Of a DNA stretch of 64,000 nucleotides, positions 53,792 through 63,965 are shown piece by piece. The notes under the pieces are model-generated. The model made no database searches. It was not told the DNA's origin and was given only the letters and a program-made list of their open reading frames with translations. Origin of the DNA: Candidatus Micrarchaeia archaeon (lineage in GTDB: Archaea > Micrarchaeota > Micrarchaeia > Anstonellales > Bilamarchaeaceae); contig JBNLBN010000001.1 in the NCBI GenBank assembly GCA_050303335.1, positions 42,239-106,238 of the forward strand, written 5' to 3'. The position numbers and the translations under genes were made by a program. Each line of letters opens with the position of its first letter. Positions within the stretch are counted from its first letter, which is position 1.

Positions 53792-54910
53792 ATCCTTCAG
53801 CCTTTGCCTGTATTTGTGGTAGTTGTCCCATTCAAGGTCATACTGGAACAGGTCATTTTCTGTAATGATGAATTTTATCGAGTAATAGAATTCGCAGTCA
53901 TCATAGCACATGGAGAATTCCTTTCCGATCGATCCAACGTATTTTCCGTCCTGCGGCTCAACAAGCTTCGATCCGTTGAAATCTCCAACAATCTCATTTT
54001 CGATCCTGTTCTTTGTGAACATCACCACGCAATGCCCGAGTAGGAGCGACCCGCTTCTGTCATAATAATAGCAGACGGGATAAACGTTCAGTTCATCCAG
54101 TTTTCCAATTTCCACGGCATCCGCATTCTCATAGTACCATACCTGCGAATTATCCTGGTAAACATCGAATATTCCGCTCCCGTCATCAAAAGCGACAAGT
54201 TCGTATCCCTTTTCCTTCAGGCTGTTCATGAGCGCAGTGAAAAACAAGGAATAGTCTTCGCAGTCTCCTCCCTTCCGCTCGATTATCTCCTCGTTGGAAT
54301 AAAGCCTGTCATCGAAATCTGATTTGTAAGTAATCCCAAGTTCCTCTTCCATCATGAAAGAGACGCATGCGAGATTCAGCTTCTTTCCGTCAGTGCACCT
54401 CCTTTCCACGATGCTCTTGAACCTGTCGGCCTGGTATAAATCAGGCAGCCTCGAATTGTCGTTGAACCACTGGATTGAGCTGTTTATCCTTTCCTCAAGA
54501 GCCCTCGCATCCTCCCTTATCTCCTCGATTTTTTCTTCAGTCAATACAAGGCTGCTTTCTGCCTGTGCAAGTTTCTCCTCGCTTTCGGAAAGATCCTCTT
54601 CCAAGTCGCGGATTTTCGAGTTTTTTTCCTGCAAGGTTGAGTTCAAATCTTGAATCTGCGAATCCTTCACAGCAATTTTTTGCTGCTGCTCCGTGATTTT
54701 CATCCCAAGATTACTGATGGCATCCTGCAGCTCATCCAACTTTTTGTCCTGCTCAAGATTTTCTGCCCGAAGGTCATCGTTTTCATTCAACAAAATAACT
54801 ATTGCGGATCCAAGAACAGCAAAGCCTGTTATCATGGCAAGAACCGCCGCTACAATAGCTATTTTCACAAAAAAAAATCCAGAAGAAAATTGATAAACCG
54901 ATCTGTCCAT
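53762..54910 (-). CDS. Membrane-anchored coiled-coil protein with a C-terminal transglutaminase-like Cys-protease core
   Basis: An N-terminal TM, ~130 aa of coiled coil, then GGDCEDYSLFFTALMNSLKEKGYELVAF...GHCVVMF in a Cys...His arrangement. Confidence 0.45.
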   Translation of the reverse strand: MDRSVYQFSSGFFFVKIAIVAAVLAMITGFAVLGSAIVILLNENDDLRAENLEQDKKLDELQDAISNLGMKITEQQQKIAVKDSQIQDLNSTLQEKNSKIRDLEEDLSESEEKLAQAESSLVLTEEKIEEIREDARALEERINSSIQWFNDNSRLPDLYQADRFKSIVERRCTDGKKLNLACVSFMMEEELGITYKSDFDDRLYSNEEIIERKGGDCEDYSLFFTALMNSLKEKGYELVAFDDGSGIFDVYQDNSQVWYYENADAVEIGKLDELNVYPVCYYYDRSGSLLLGHCVVMFTKNRIENEIVGDFNGSKLVEPQDGKYVGSIGKEFSMCYDDCEFYYSIKFIITENDLFQYDLEWDNYHKYRQRLKDLSEWPEIPS

Positions 54911-55163
54911 TATCTTTTTAGGTGAGGGGCAGGTGACCCACGGTAAAACTGAGGAAGTTCTGCCCTCCGTGAGGATACTGTAGCTTTAAGGGCTATATGA
55001 AGCAGTACAGAAACGATACGAACCATGTTCGATGAAACGAGTGTTTCCCTATCCGATGACGGAGCAAGGAGATTGTCTCCGCTTAGTCAAAAGTTTTTTC
55101 TGGCAAAATTTGCCAGCAAAGCTGACAATGTCACTAAAACAGAAGGCAGGCTATGTCCCTCAC

Positions 55164-56477
55164 CTACATTCCAAGATTCCCCATGCCGCCCTTCATCATC
55201 TTTTCCATCTTCTTCCTGAAGCCGCGGTTCTTCTTGAACATATTCATCATCTTCTCCATCTTCTCGAACTGGCTGATGAATTCCTTTACTTCCTTCTCCG
55301 TGCATCCGGATCCGCGCGCGATCCTTGCGATCCTTGCCGGGCTACGCAGAAGCTTCGCATCCTTCTTTTCTGCCTTCGTCATGGAGTTTATCATGTTCTC
55401 GAATTTCTTCAGCTTTTCCTCGCTCTGCTGCACCATTTCCTTGGGCACATCAGCAGCTCCGAGCATTGAAAAGACGTTTCCAAGCGGCCCAAGCTTTTTA
55501 GCAGCCTTGAGCTGCTCGTAGAATGATTCTATCGTGAGTTCGTCAGTCTCGATGTTTTTAAGGTCAGTCTCCTTCTGTATCTCCTTGATCTTTTCCATCA
55601 GCGATCCGATGTCAGGAACGCCCAGGAGCCTACCCACGAATTTCTCGGAATTGTAAACCTCGAGGTCGTTGATCTTTTCGCCGGTTCCTATGAATGCTAT
55701 CTTTGCATTGCTGGCACCGACCGATGATAGCGCCCCCCCTCCTTTTCCGGATCCGTCCATCTTGGTCGCAATCACTCCCGAGAGCGGCACAGCCTCGTTG
55801 AATTCAGTTGCCTGCTTGCCTGCCACCTGTCCGATATCAGCACTTATCACGAGATAGTTTTCGTCCGGTCTGAGAATATCAGCAATGGCCTTCAATTCGT
55901 CTGTCAGGCCGGAATCAAGCGCCGAACGCCCTGCAGAATCGACAATAACCACGTCCTCATCTGCTTCTTTCAGTGCAGACTCGACGATCTTGACCGGATT
56001 CTTCTCGCCTTTGGTCGTATAGAATGCTGCCCCCACTTTTTTCGAAAGCTGCTCCAGCTGCTCCTGTGCAGCCGGTCTGTCGGTATCCGCAGCAATCAAT
56101 GCAACGCTCAATCCCTTGCTCTTGTAAAAATGGGCAAGCTTTGCACAGCTCGTGGTCTTTCCTGAACCATAAAGCCCGCACATAAGGATCCTGTGTTTAT
56201 CAAGCCTCGGCTGGTAGGTCTCTCCCATCAGCTTCACAAGTTCGTCATAAACTACCTTTGTTACATGCTCTTTCAGGCTGAGTGCCTCGAGCTTCTCGCT
56301 CCTGAGGGATCTTTCTTCTATTGATTTCGAGAGCTTCAGGACCAGCTTGACATTGACATCATTGGAGATCAAGACTCTCTGCAGGTCCTTAATCAATGCC
56401 TTCACGTCCTTTTCATCGACGTAAGGACGGTTGGTAAGCTTGGAAAGCGCCTCCCTGAGTTTTCTGCCTAGATCCAT
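55164..56477 (-). CDS. srp54: Signal recognition particle protein SRP54
   Basis: GLYGSGKTTSCAKLA P-loop, DTDRPAA, and a Met-rich C-terminal M domain. Confidence 0.85.
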   Translation of the reverse strand: MDLGRKLREALSKLTNRPYVDEKDVKALIKDLQRVLISNDVNVKLVLKLSKSIEERSLRSEKLEALSLKEHVTKVVYDELVKLMGETYQPRLDKHRILMCGLYGSGKTTSCAKLAHFYKSKGLSVALIAADTDRPAAQEQLEQLSKKVGAAFYTTKGEKNPVKIVESALKEADEDVVIVDSAGRSALDSGLTDELKAIADILRPDENYLVISADIGQVAGKQATEFNEAVPLSGVIATKMDGSGKGGGALSSVGASNAKIAFIGTGEKINDLEVYNSEKFVGRLLGVPDIGSLMEKIKEIQKETDLKNIETDELTIESFYEQLKAAKKLGPLGNVFSMLGAADVPKEMVQQSEEKLKKFENMINSMTKAEKKDAKLLRSPARIARIARGSGCTEKEVKEFISQFEKMEKMMNMFKKNRGFRKKMEKMMKGGMGNLGM

Positions 56478-57169
56478 GATTTATCCTCTTTGTAGAAATA
56501 CACGTTTGCAAGTATTATTATTGAAGCCATTAATCCTATAAAATCTAATCGAATTAACGGTCCCGCAATTACGGCAAGCGCCAGCACCTTTTCAAGCTTC
56601 CCGGTTTTTTCCCTGTAAAGGAATCCAAAAACAAGGATGAAGTAATTGAATATGGATTCATATCCCGAAGTGACGGTATTACCCAGGAGAATATCAACAA
56701 TAAGCATTATCAGGAAAGTGAACACTGCTGTAGACAGGCTCCGTAATGATATTATTTTGAGCCTCGAAACATTCATGCCCTCAAATGCCAACATGAACAT
56801 GTAAATCAAGATTGTGGATTGCACAGTCCCGACCAGATGCGAGAAAGGATTGGTGCTTATCTCAATATCTGATATCAGGATGAAAACTGAAGGAATTACA
56901 GTGAACAATAAGGAAACAAGAAGATATGCTGCGCCAAGGTTTTCCGGCTCCCTCACTTTGAAAAGCCCCCCGAATTTTAGTATCAGGTACGCATTGACAG
57001 GGATCACGAGCAGGAAATAGACTGTGAATAGTATATCCGACATGCCCTCTCCTATGAGTGCTCCTGCCGAAACGATCACAAATCCGATGATAGTCAGAAG
57101 CACCAGGGCCCCGATAACCGAAACAAGATGCTTCAGCCTGATGCTGAATTCCTCTCCTAGCACTATCAT
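56468..57169 (-). CDS. Hypothetical polytopic membrane protein
   Basis: 233 aa with ~6 TM helices. It overlaps the srp54 start. Confidence 0.4.
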   Translation of the reverse strand: MIVLGEEFSIRLKHLVSVIGALVLLTIIGFVIVSAGALIGEGMSDILFTVYFLLVIPVNAYLILKFGGLFKVREPENLGAAYLLVSLLFTVIPSVFILISDIEISTNPFSHLVGTVQSTILIYMFMLAFEGMNVSRLKIISLRSLSTAVFTFLIMLIVDILLGNTVTSGYESIFNYFILVFGFLYREKTGKLEKVLALAVIAGPLIRLDFIGLMASIIILANVYFYKEDKSWI

Positions 57170-57197
57170 GTTCCCTTAAGGAAAGGTGGTTATTTTA

Positions 57198-58508
57198 TTA
57201 CCATAAGTAGAACGCAAGCGCGGAAACGACAACTATCCCAATGATGGTTAGCGGAATGCCAACCTTCAGCATGTCCACAACGCGCAGGTGGCCGTATCCG
57301 AACGCCATTGCAGAAGGGGGCGTTCCTGCAGGAGATATGAAGTTTATGGATGAACTTATCGCAACGAGCGATGCCAGTTCCCTGGATTCAGATATTGCGA
57401 GCATTATGGGGATGATAAGTGCCGCGGTGGAAGTATTGCTGACAAAAGATGAGATTCCGGACGTTACTGCTGCAATTAGGCCGAAAACGAAGATCTCGCT
57501 TCTTCCATCTATGCTGTTTTCGATGAAATTCCCGATATGTACTGATACGCCCGATACGTCTATCACGTTCCCCAGGCTGAGGCTTCCTCCGACAAGAAGT
57601 ATCACGGCCCAATTCAGCTTGTTCAGGTCCTCCTTCTCAAGCGAACCTGCAAGGTAGAGAAGGACGATTCCGAATACAGATATCGCTGAATCAGGGACCC
57701 TGTGGATGGGGGAACTCAGCCACAAGAGAGCTATCAGGAGCGCTACCCCGACGGTCTTCGTATGAACAGATGCCCATTTCTTCGTCTTGATCTTTAGTAT
57801 GGAACTCTCCTTTTCAGGAGGGTAGACGAACGTCACGACCGAGTATACTGCAACCAGCATGATGGCGACAAAAGGAATGGCGATCACCATCCATTGGAAG
57901 AAATTCATCTCGATACCGCGCTCCATCAGGGCTGCTGCAGCTATCGCATTAGGGGGCGTTCCGACAAGAGTCCCGATCCCCCCCACAGTAGCGGCAAATG
58001 CTACGCAGAGTATCGCAGCCTTGATGTAGTTTGTCTTGTGTGCTGCAGTCATTGCTATCGGGATCATGATCGCGGCAGCGGCAGTATTGCTCACCCAGAG
58101 CGAGAGAAATGCTGTTGCGACCATCATCATCGCTATCACGATCCTTGGCTTTCCCCCTGAATGTTCGAGGAGCATCACTATGAATTTCTTGTCTATGTGG
58201 TGCTTGTTGAGTGCGAGGGCTATTGCAAACCCCCCCAGAATGAGTGCAACGGTGGGGCTGAAATACGGTTCAAATACAACCTTTGCATCCATTCCAGCAA
58301 GAATGAACAGCACGGACCCAAGAAGAGCCGTGACAAAAAGCGGCATCGCCTCGCTTATCCAGAGCGCGGCAATAAAAACAGTTATGGAAATGATAATCCC
58401 CTCGAAACCCTGGAAAATGGCAAGCGCTAAGAGTGCTATGATAACCGAGAGAGTTATGTTAACGGGCCTTACCAATATCTGCAACCACCTGTTATGACCA
58501 CTCGCCAT
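57198..58508 (-). CDS. DASS/SLC13/ArsB-superfamily anion permease (citrate/sulfate/arsenite-transporter-like)
   Basis: ~12 TM with a repeated GTPPN hairpin motif. ORF 57198..58664, with the start placed at MASGHNRW (58508). Confidence 0.6.
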   Translation of the reverse strand: MASGHNRWLQILVRPVNITLSVIIALLALAIFQGFEGIIISITVFIAALWISEAMPLFVTALLGSVLFILAGMDAKVVFEPYFSPTVALILGGFAIALALNKHHIDKKFIVMLLEHSGGKPRIVIAMMMVATAFLSLWVSNTAAAAIMIPIAMTAAHKTNYIKAAILCVAFAATVGGIGTLVGTPPNAIAAAALMERGIEMNFFQWMVIAIPFVAIMLVAVYSVVTFVYPPEKESSILKIKTKKWASVHTKTVGVALLIALLWLSSPIHRVPDSAISVFGIVLLYLAGSLEKEDLNKLNWAVILLVGGSLSLGNVIDVSGVSVHIGNFIENSIDGRSEIFVFGLIAAVTSGISSFVSNTSTAALIIPIMLAISESRELASLVAISSSINFISPAGTPPSAMAFGYGHLRVVDMLKVGIPLTIIGIVVVSALAFYLW

Positions 58509-58551
58509 AGTTTTAAAAAAATTAGCTATAAATAGTGAATTACTATTTTTA
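58507..58551 (+). promoter_or_regulatory. AT-rich promoter region with TATA-like elements upstream of the thermosome gene
   Basis: ttttaaaaaaattagctataaatag ... actattttta. The ATG is at 58589. Confidence 0.3.
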
Positions 58552-58588
58552 GCAGATAAACTGCTTAGAATGATATTTGGGTGAAAAT

Positions 58589-60235
58589 ATGAGTAAACAA
58601 GTAAGCGGAGAGCAAATGGTTGTATTACCTGAAGGCTCACAGAGAGTCTTGGGAAGAGACGCAATGCGAATCAACATCGCAATCGGATATGCAGTAGCAA
58701 ACATCGTGAAGACAACACTTGGGCCTAAGGGAATGGACAAGATGCTCGTTTCCGATCTCGGGGACATCGTCATAACCAATGACGGTGCAACGATATTGGA
58801 AGAGATGAACGTCGATCACCCGGCAGCAAAGCTGATGGTTGAAATCGCGAAGACGCAGGACAAGGAAGTGGGTGACGGAACAACCACCTCGGTCGTAATC
58901 GCAGGAAATCTCCTCAAGAAGGCAGGCGAGCTTCTTGACCAGAACATCCATCCGACCGTGATAATAAAGGGGTATGAACTGGCATCAAGCAAGTCTGAAG
59001 AGGTCCTTCGTTCAATCTCAGAGGATGTCAAGCCTGAGGACAGGGAAACGCTCAGGAAAATTGCACTCGTTTCAATGGGGTCAAAGGGAATTGGCACCCA
59101 GGCCGAAAAGGAAAAGATCGCAGAGCTTATTTCAGATGCCGTCTGGATGGTTTCCGATAAGACCGATGAAAAGTATTCAGTAGATCTCGACCTTATAAAG
59201 ATCGAGAAGAAGGCGGGCGGACACGTCATGGACACCCAGCTTGTCAAGGGTGTAGTAATCGACAAGGAAGTGGTCCATTCAGGAATGCCGAAATCGGTAA
59301 ATGATGCAAAGATCCTCCTTCTTGACAGCGCGCTCGAAATTGAAAAAACCGAGACAGATGCAAAAATTGAGATTACGTCTCCGGAGAACATGCAGGCATT
59401 CCTTGACCAGGAAGAGAAGATGATGAAGGACATGGTCGGAAAGATCGCATCATCCGGTGCAAATGTTGTCTTTTGCCAGAAGGGAATCGATGACCTTGTG
59501 CAGCATTACCTTTCAAAGAATGGCATCATGGCCGTCAGGAGGGTAAAGAAATCAGACATGGAGAAGCTTTCACGGGCGACAAAGGCGACAATAGCATCAA
59601 GCCTCGATGACCTGAAGGAGTCTGACCTTGGTAAGGCCGGCCAGATCCACGAGAAGAAGGTTTCCGGTGAATCAATGGTTTTCATCGAAAAATGCAAGGA
59701 TCCGAAATCAGTAACAATCTTCGTAAGGGGAGGTACCGACCACGTTGTAAGCGAGGTTGAACGAGCAGTCGTCGATGCGCGGGGCGCAGTAGCAAGCGCG
59801 CTTGAAGACGGCAAATATGTTTACGGCGGAGGATCAGTGGAGATGGAAATCAACAGGGCACTTCACAAGTACGCAACAGAGATCGGAGGAAGGGAACAGA
59901 TGGCCATCCAGGCATTCGCAGACGCGCTTGAATCAATACCAAAGTCCCTTGCTGAAAACGCGGGAATGGATGTTATTGATGCCCTAGTATCTCTTCGAAA
60001 CAAGCATGCAGACGGAAAAGGAGTGACCATTGGCGTAAATGTCCTTGAAGGCACAGTATCGGACATAAAGGCAATCGGCATTCTTGAACCCGCCAGGGTG
60101 AAGAAGCAGGCAATCTCATCAGCAACAGAGACTGCCAGGCTTGTCCTTAGGATTGATGACATCATATCATCAAGGGGAGGTTCCGGCGGAGCAGGCGGCA
60201 TGCCACCAGGCGGAATGCCGCCTATGGACATGTGA
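58589..60235 (+). CDS. ths: Thermosome subunit (group II chaperonin)
   Basis: [18 protein letters not shown], a VGDGTTT ATP-binding motif, and a GGM-rich C-terminus. Confidence 0.85.
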   Translation: MSKQVSGEQMVVLPEGSQRVLGRDAMRINIAIGYAVANIVKTTLGPKGMDKMLVSDLGDIVITNDGATILEEMNVDHPAAKLMVEIAKTQDKEVGDGTTTSVVIAGNLLKKAGELLDQNIHPTVIIKGYELASSKSEEVLRSISEDVKPEDRETLRKIALVSMGSKGIGTQAEKEKIAELISDAVWMVSDKTDEKYSVDLDLIKIEKKAGGHVMDTQLVKGVVIDKEVVHSGMPKSVNDAKILLLDSALEIEKTETDAKIEITSPENMQAFLDQEEKMMKDMVGKIASSGANVVFCQKGIDDLVQHYLSKNGIMAVRRVKKSDMEKLSRATKATIASSLDDLKESDLGKAGQIHEKKVSGESMVFIEKCKDPKSVTIFVRGGTDHVVSEVERAVVDARGAVASALEDGKYVYGGGSVEMEINRALHKYATEIGGREQMAIQAFADALESIPKSLAENAGMDVIDALVSLRNKHADGKGVTIGVNVLEGTVSDIKAIGILEPARVKKQAISSATETARLVLRIDDIISSRGGSGGAGGMPPGGMPPMDM

Positions 60236-60501
60236 AGATGAGTATCAACATTTTTGTTTTTGGCAAGGTCCAGGGGGTCTTTTTCAGGAGCAACACTCTT
60301 GAAAAGGCCCTTTCTCTTGGCCTCACAGGTTTTGTTAGGAATCTTCCGGACGGTTCTGTTGAAATCCGTGCATCCGGAGAAAAGGAAAAGCTTCAGGAAC
60401 TTCTTGAATGGGCGCGAAAAGGCCCTGCAACTGCCGATGTCAAGGAAGTTAAATACAGCTGGGGAAAAGAAAATTTTGAAAAATTCGAAATCAGGTACTA
60501 G
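60232..60501 (+). CDS. acyP: Acylphosphatase
   Basis: GKVQGVFFR and [13 protein letters not shown] signatures. Confidence 0.75.
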   Translation: MKMSINIFVFGKVQGVFFRSNTLEKALSLGLTGFVRNLPDGSVEIRASGEKEKLQELLEWARKGPATADVKEVKYSWGKENFEKFEIRY

Positions 60502-60869
60502 TATTCCTTGATCCCGCTTCCCCTTCTCCTGGGGGATGCATGGCTCCTTCCTGTCTTTATGTTCTGGATCTTTTCCAGGGCGTCCTCAAGTTCGGCGATC
60601 TTGACATCGTCTCCATAATACTTCTTTGCCTCATCCGGAATCTCAATAAGATTTCCATCGATGCAGGCGAGATTTCCCGAGTCATCAGTTATGGAATCAA
60701 GAAGATATACCATTGCCGATACCTTTGGGGAAGTAGTTCCAGGAATCTTCACGATCCCCTCGTTCTTCTTGCCGATCATGTTCATTATCTTCTGAAGCTC
60801 TTCTATATCATTATCCGAAAATCCCTGTTCATTAAGCCAACTTACGGCCGTTTCTCTGAATATGTACAA
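60498..60869 (-). CDS. Hypothetical protein
   Basis: 123-aa ORF. No confident family. Confidence 0.3.
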   Translation of the reverse strand: MYIFRETAVSWLNEQGFSDNDIEELQKIMNMIGKKNEGIVKIPGTTSPKVSAMVYLLDSITDDSGNLACIDGNLIEIPDEAKKYYGDDVKIAELEDALEKIQNIKTGRSHASPRRRGSGIKEY

Positions 60870-60893
60870 AATCTCACCCGCAATTATATCTTG

Positions 60894-62258
60894 CTATTGT
60901 TTTTTAATCATGTTTTCAATCGTCCTTGTAACGAGCCTAACACCGGTGCCGGTTGCCCCCGGAGTGAAATAATCACCGCCGCTCTTTACTGATTCAACGG
61001 CTGCAATATCAAGGTGCGCCCATTTGCTTTCCCCAACGAATTCTTTGAGGAAAGCCGCGGCAGTGATCGATCCGGCTTCGACGGTCTCAGAAATATTTTT
61101 CAGGTCCGCGATATTGGATTTCATCATCTCCCCGTATTCTTCCCACAGGGGAAGCCTCCAGACCCTCTCATGCGTGATGATTCCTGCCTTTTCGAGTTCT
61201 GTTGCCAATACGTCATCGTTCGAATACATCCCTATTGCATGCCTGCCTAGGCCGACTATGATGGCTCCTGTGAGCGTTGCCATGTCGATGATATATTCGG
61301 GCTTGTGCTCTGCTGCAAATGCAAGCGCATCGGCAAGTACCAACCTTCCTTCGGCATCCGTATTGAGCACCTCTATCGTCTTTCCGCTATATGATTTTAC
61401 AATATCCCCGGGTTTCTGTGCATTGCCGTCCGGATTGTTCTCTGTGAGCGGTATGAATCCAATCAGCCTGACCGGCAGCTTCAGGTCGGATACTGCCTTG
61501 AATACTCCGATCACGTTGATGGCCCCGGACTTGTCGTATTTCATCTCGTGCATGTCCTTCGACGGCTTGAGGCTGATGCCTCCGGTGTCGAAGGTGATGC
61601 CCTTCCCGACCACGCAGTACAATGGATATCTCTTGCCGGGATTGTATTCCATCTTGACAAGTACTGGAGGTTCACTTGCGCCCCTTGCAACCCCGAGTAT
61701 CGCATTCATCCCCTTCTTCTCAAGCGCCTTCCTGTCGAATGGGGTGACCTTGAACCTTCCCTTCCCGATTTTTTTTGCCGCTTCGGCTATCATCCTGGGA
61801 GTCGCAACGTTTGAAGGGTTTTCATCAAGCTCCCTCGAGAGGTTCTGTGCGTTCCCGTAAATCTCCCCGATCCTGAGTGCCGGGGATCTCCTTCCGACAA
61901 CATGGATCCTCTTGAGGGTGTTCACCTCCTTCTCGGATTTGAAATTGAGGAATTTGTAATTTGCAAGTACTGCGCCCTCTGCAAGTGCCCGGATCCCGTC
62001 ATCATCGGCCCATTTCGGTAGCAGGATGCTGATCTCCTTGAGTTTCCTCCTGTTTGCAAATCCAACTATCCGTCCTGCCGCCTTCCTGATGTTCTCGTTG
62101 CGGAAATCCTTCTTTTTGCCAAGCCCGACGATTATCCCTGATTCGCTGACATAAGTGCTTCCGAGCTTCCCGTCGAATTTCTTGCTCTCCCCCTCGAAAA
62201 CCATGCTTCCTGTGGTCTTTCCAGCTTTGTCTGAATATTCAAGCAACATGTACCCCAT
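60894..62258 (-). CDS. pepA: Leucyl aminopeptidase (M17 family)
   Basis: NTDAEGRLVLAD signature motif. Confidence 0.8.
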   Translation of the reverse strand: MGYMLLEYSDKAGKTTGSMVFEGESKKFDGKLGSTYVSESGIIVGLGKKKDFRNENIRKAAGRIVGFANRRKLKEISILLPKWADDDGIRALAEGAVLANYKFLNFKSEKEVNTLKRIHVVGRRSPALRIGEIYGNAQNLSRELDENPSNVATPRMIAEAAKKIGKGRFKVTPFDRKALEKKGMNAILGVARGASEPPVLVKMEYNPGKRYPLYCVVGKGITFDTGGISLKPSKDMHEMKYDKSGAINVIGVFKAVSDLKLPVRLIGFIPLTENNPDGNAQKPGDIVKSYSGKTIEVLNTDAEGRLVLADALAFAAEHKPEYIIDMATLTGAIIVGLGRHAIGMYSNDDVLATELEKAGIITHERVWRLPLWEEYGEMMKSNIADLKNISETVEAGSITAAAFLKEFVGESKWAHLDIAAVESVKSGGDYFTPGATGTGVRLVTRTIENMIKKQ

Positions 62259-62279
62259 TCAGTTCCATCTTTTAAAAAA

Positions 62280-63965
62280 TTAGGCCCGAATCATTTCCTC
62301 TATCTCTTTGCTCGTGGTGATCTCGTTGACGGATTTGTCATCCCTCATCTTTACGAATCTGGGGAACCTCAATGCATATCCTGCCGTGTGGATTGTTGAA
62401 ACGGAAATTTCATCGAAGGCAACCTCTATCACGTATTTCGGCTCGACCCAGTAGTCCACATCAAGCGTGCACTCTAGGTTTGCCGGGGCCTTCTTTGTCT
62501 TGATCTCCTCTAGCATCTCCCGGACATTCACCATCTCCTCTTCAGTGAATCCAGAAGCGACCTTTGCAACTGTCTTGAGCCTCCCGGTATCAGGATCGTT
62601 TACTGCAACCAGGACCCCGCCGAATTCGAATTCCGCCCGATGTCCCTGCCCGAGGTAATATCCGACAATCACAGCATCCACAGTATCAACGGACTGTCCA
62701 TATGATTTCTTGAGTTTGATCCACGCGAATTTCCTCTTTCCTGCAGTATATGGTGCATCGAGGTCCTTAGCCATGATGCCTTCCAGGCCGCTTGAAATGG
62801 ACCTCTGGAACATCTCCTCAAGTTTTTTCGAACTGGATATTATCTTGCTTTCTGCGGCGCGGATAATCCTTCCCTTGAATTTTTTTACCTTCCTGCGCCT
62901 GGCACTGTATTTCTCATTGGTGAGATCCCTGCCGTCATACATAATGTCGAAAACAAAGAGCTGCAGAGGGAAATCCTTCGACGCCTTATCGATACCGTGC
63001 TTCCTTCTCCTGTGCATGGTCTGCTGGAATGAGAAGAACCTCCCCTTTTTCTCATTATACGCCAGGGCTTCCCCTTCGAAAATCAGTTCCTCCTGTTTCA
63101 GCTTTTTGATCTCCTCAATGACATCCGGAAACATGTGGGTCATCTTCTCAAGCTTCCTGGAATATATCTCCACACTGTCCCCCGACTTGTGGACCTGCAG
63201 CCTGAATCCGTCATACTTCATTTCGACTGCGCATTTCCCGAGCTTCTCTATAATCGCTTCCGGGGAGCTAAGCCGCTCTGCCAGGGCAGGCATCAGCGGC
63301 TTGAAAGGCGTGACCTTGAATTTTTCTATGTTTTTGGGATCCTCGAAAAATAGCCGCGAGACCAGCCCAAGGTCTGAACAGACATTATATGCGCGTTCGA
63401 TCTCCTCCCTCATCGACTTGTCGCCGGCGTGGGAAACCGAAAGTGCATCAAGGATTGTCGGATCCCCTACGCCGAGCCTGAGCTTTGCAAGTACATACCT
63501 TACGATAAACCGTGCCTCCACCGGGTTTGCATTGTTCAGAAGTTCTGTGAGGTATTTGATCTTCAGCTGCTGCGAACCGGAACCACCTGCCCTGGCGATC
63601 TTCATCATCACTCCATAGACATATGATACCTCCATCTCGCTTGTCATCAGCGCCGTCTGCTTCTTCTTTCCGACAAGTTCCTCTGCAGTATCCCCCAGGT
63701 CGCCGCTTCTCTTATACATGTCGTCTATCTTCCCCACTGGATACCCCGTTGCATTGCTGATTGCCTCGATTGCAAGCCTTTCGCCCACTCCAAGATCAAC
63801 ATCCTCGTAAGGCGGAAGCAGTATCCCCTGCATGATGTAGACAAGTTTGTCAATTTCGGAAGCTTTGGTCTTTTTGAACAGTTCTGCAAGTATATCCGTC
63901 ATCTCCAGCCGTCCTGACTTTGATTCGAGCCTGTCGAATACAATTGCAACTTCCGAAAAATCCAT
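62280..63965 (-). CDS. lig: ATP-dependent DNA ligase
   Basis: KYDGFRLQVH (the KxDG adenylation motif), plus EGIMAK and OB-fold motifs. Confidence 0.85.
   Translation of the reverse strand: MDFSEVAIVFDRLESKSGRLEMTDILAELFKKTKASEIDKLVYIMQGILLPPYEDVDLGVGERLAIEAISNATGYPVGKIDDMYKRSGDLGDTAEELVGKKKQTALMTSEMEVSYVYGVMMKIARAGGSGSQQLKIKYLTELLNNANPVEARFIVRYVLAKLRLGVGDPTILDALSVSHAGDKSMREEIERAYNVCSDLGLVSRLFFEDPKNIEKFKVTPFKPLMPALAERLSSPEAIIEKLGKCAVEMKYDGFRLQVHKSGDSVEIYSRKLEKMTHMFPDVIEEIKKLKQEELIFEGEALAYNEKKGRFFSFQQTMHRRRKHGIDKASKDFPLQLFVFDIMYDGRDLTNEKYSARRRKVKKFKGRIIRAAESKIISSSKKLEEMFQRSISSGLEGIMAKDLDAPYTAGKRKFAWIKLKKSYGQSVDTVDAVIVGYYLGQGHRAEFEFGGVLVAVNDPDTGRLKTVAKVASGFTEEEMVNVREMLEEIKTKKAPANLECTLDVDYWVEPKYVIEVAFDEISVSTIHTAGYALRFPRFVKMRDDKSVNEITTSKEIEEMIRA

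Noticed and set aside
54911-55163. Idea that the srp54-adjacent non-coding stretch is the SRP (7S) RNA itself.
   Set aside because: The helix-8 hallmark (a GGAA/GNAR tetraloop directly flanked by an AGCAG-type motif) is not present in the required arrangement. Only loose fragments (gaagcag, caggtgacc) occur, and they are ~60 nt apart. I keep it only as a low-interest candidate for a covariance-model search.
58577-58588. The ORF-track start of the thermosome at 58577 (MGENM...).
   Set aside because: Position 58577 is a TTG codon. The ATG at 58589 ([12 protein letters not shown]...) matches typical thermosome N-termini and leaves room for the upstream TATA elements.
57198-58664. The full 488-aa ORF for the DASS permease, including the 52-aa N-terminal extension [17 protein letters not shown]...
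   Set aside because: The extension is non-hydrophobic and overlaps the divergent thermosome promoter region. The internal Met at 58508 (MASGHNRW), just before the first TM helix, is the more plausible start.
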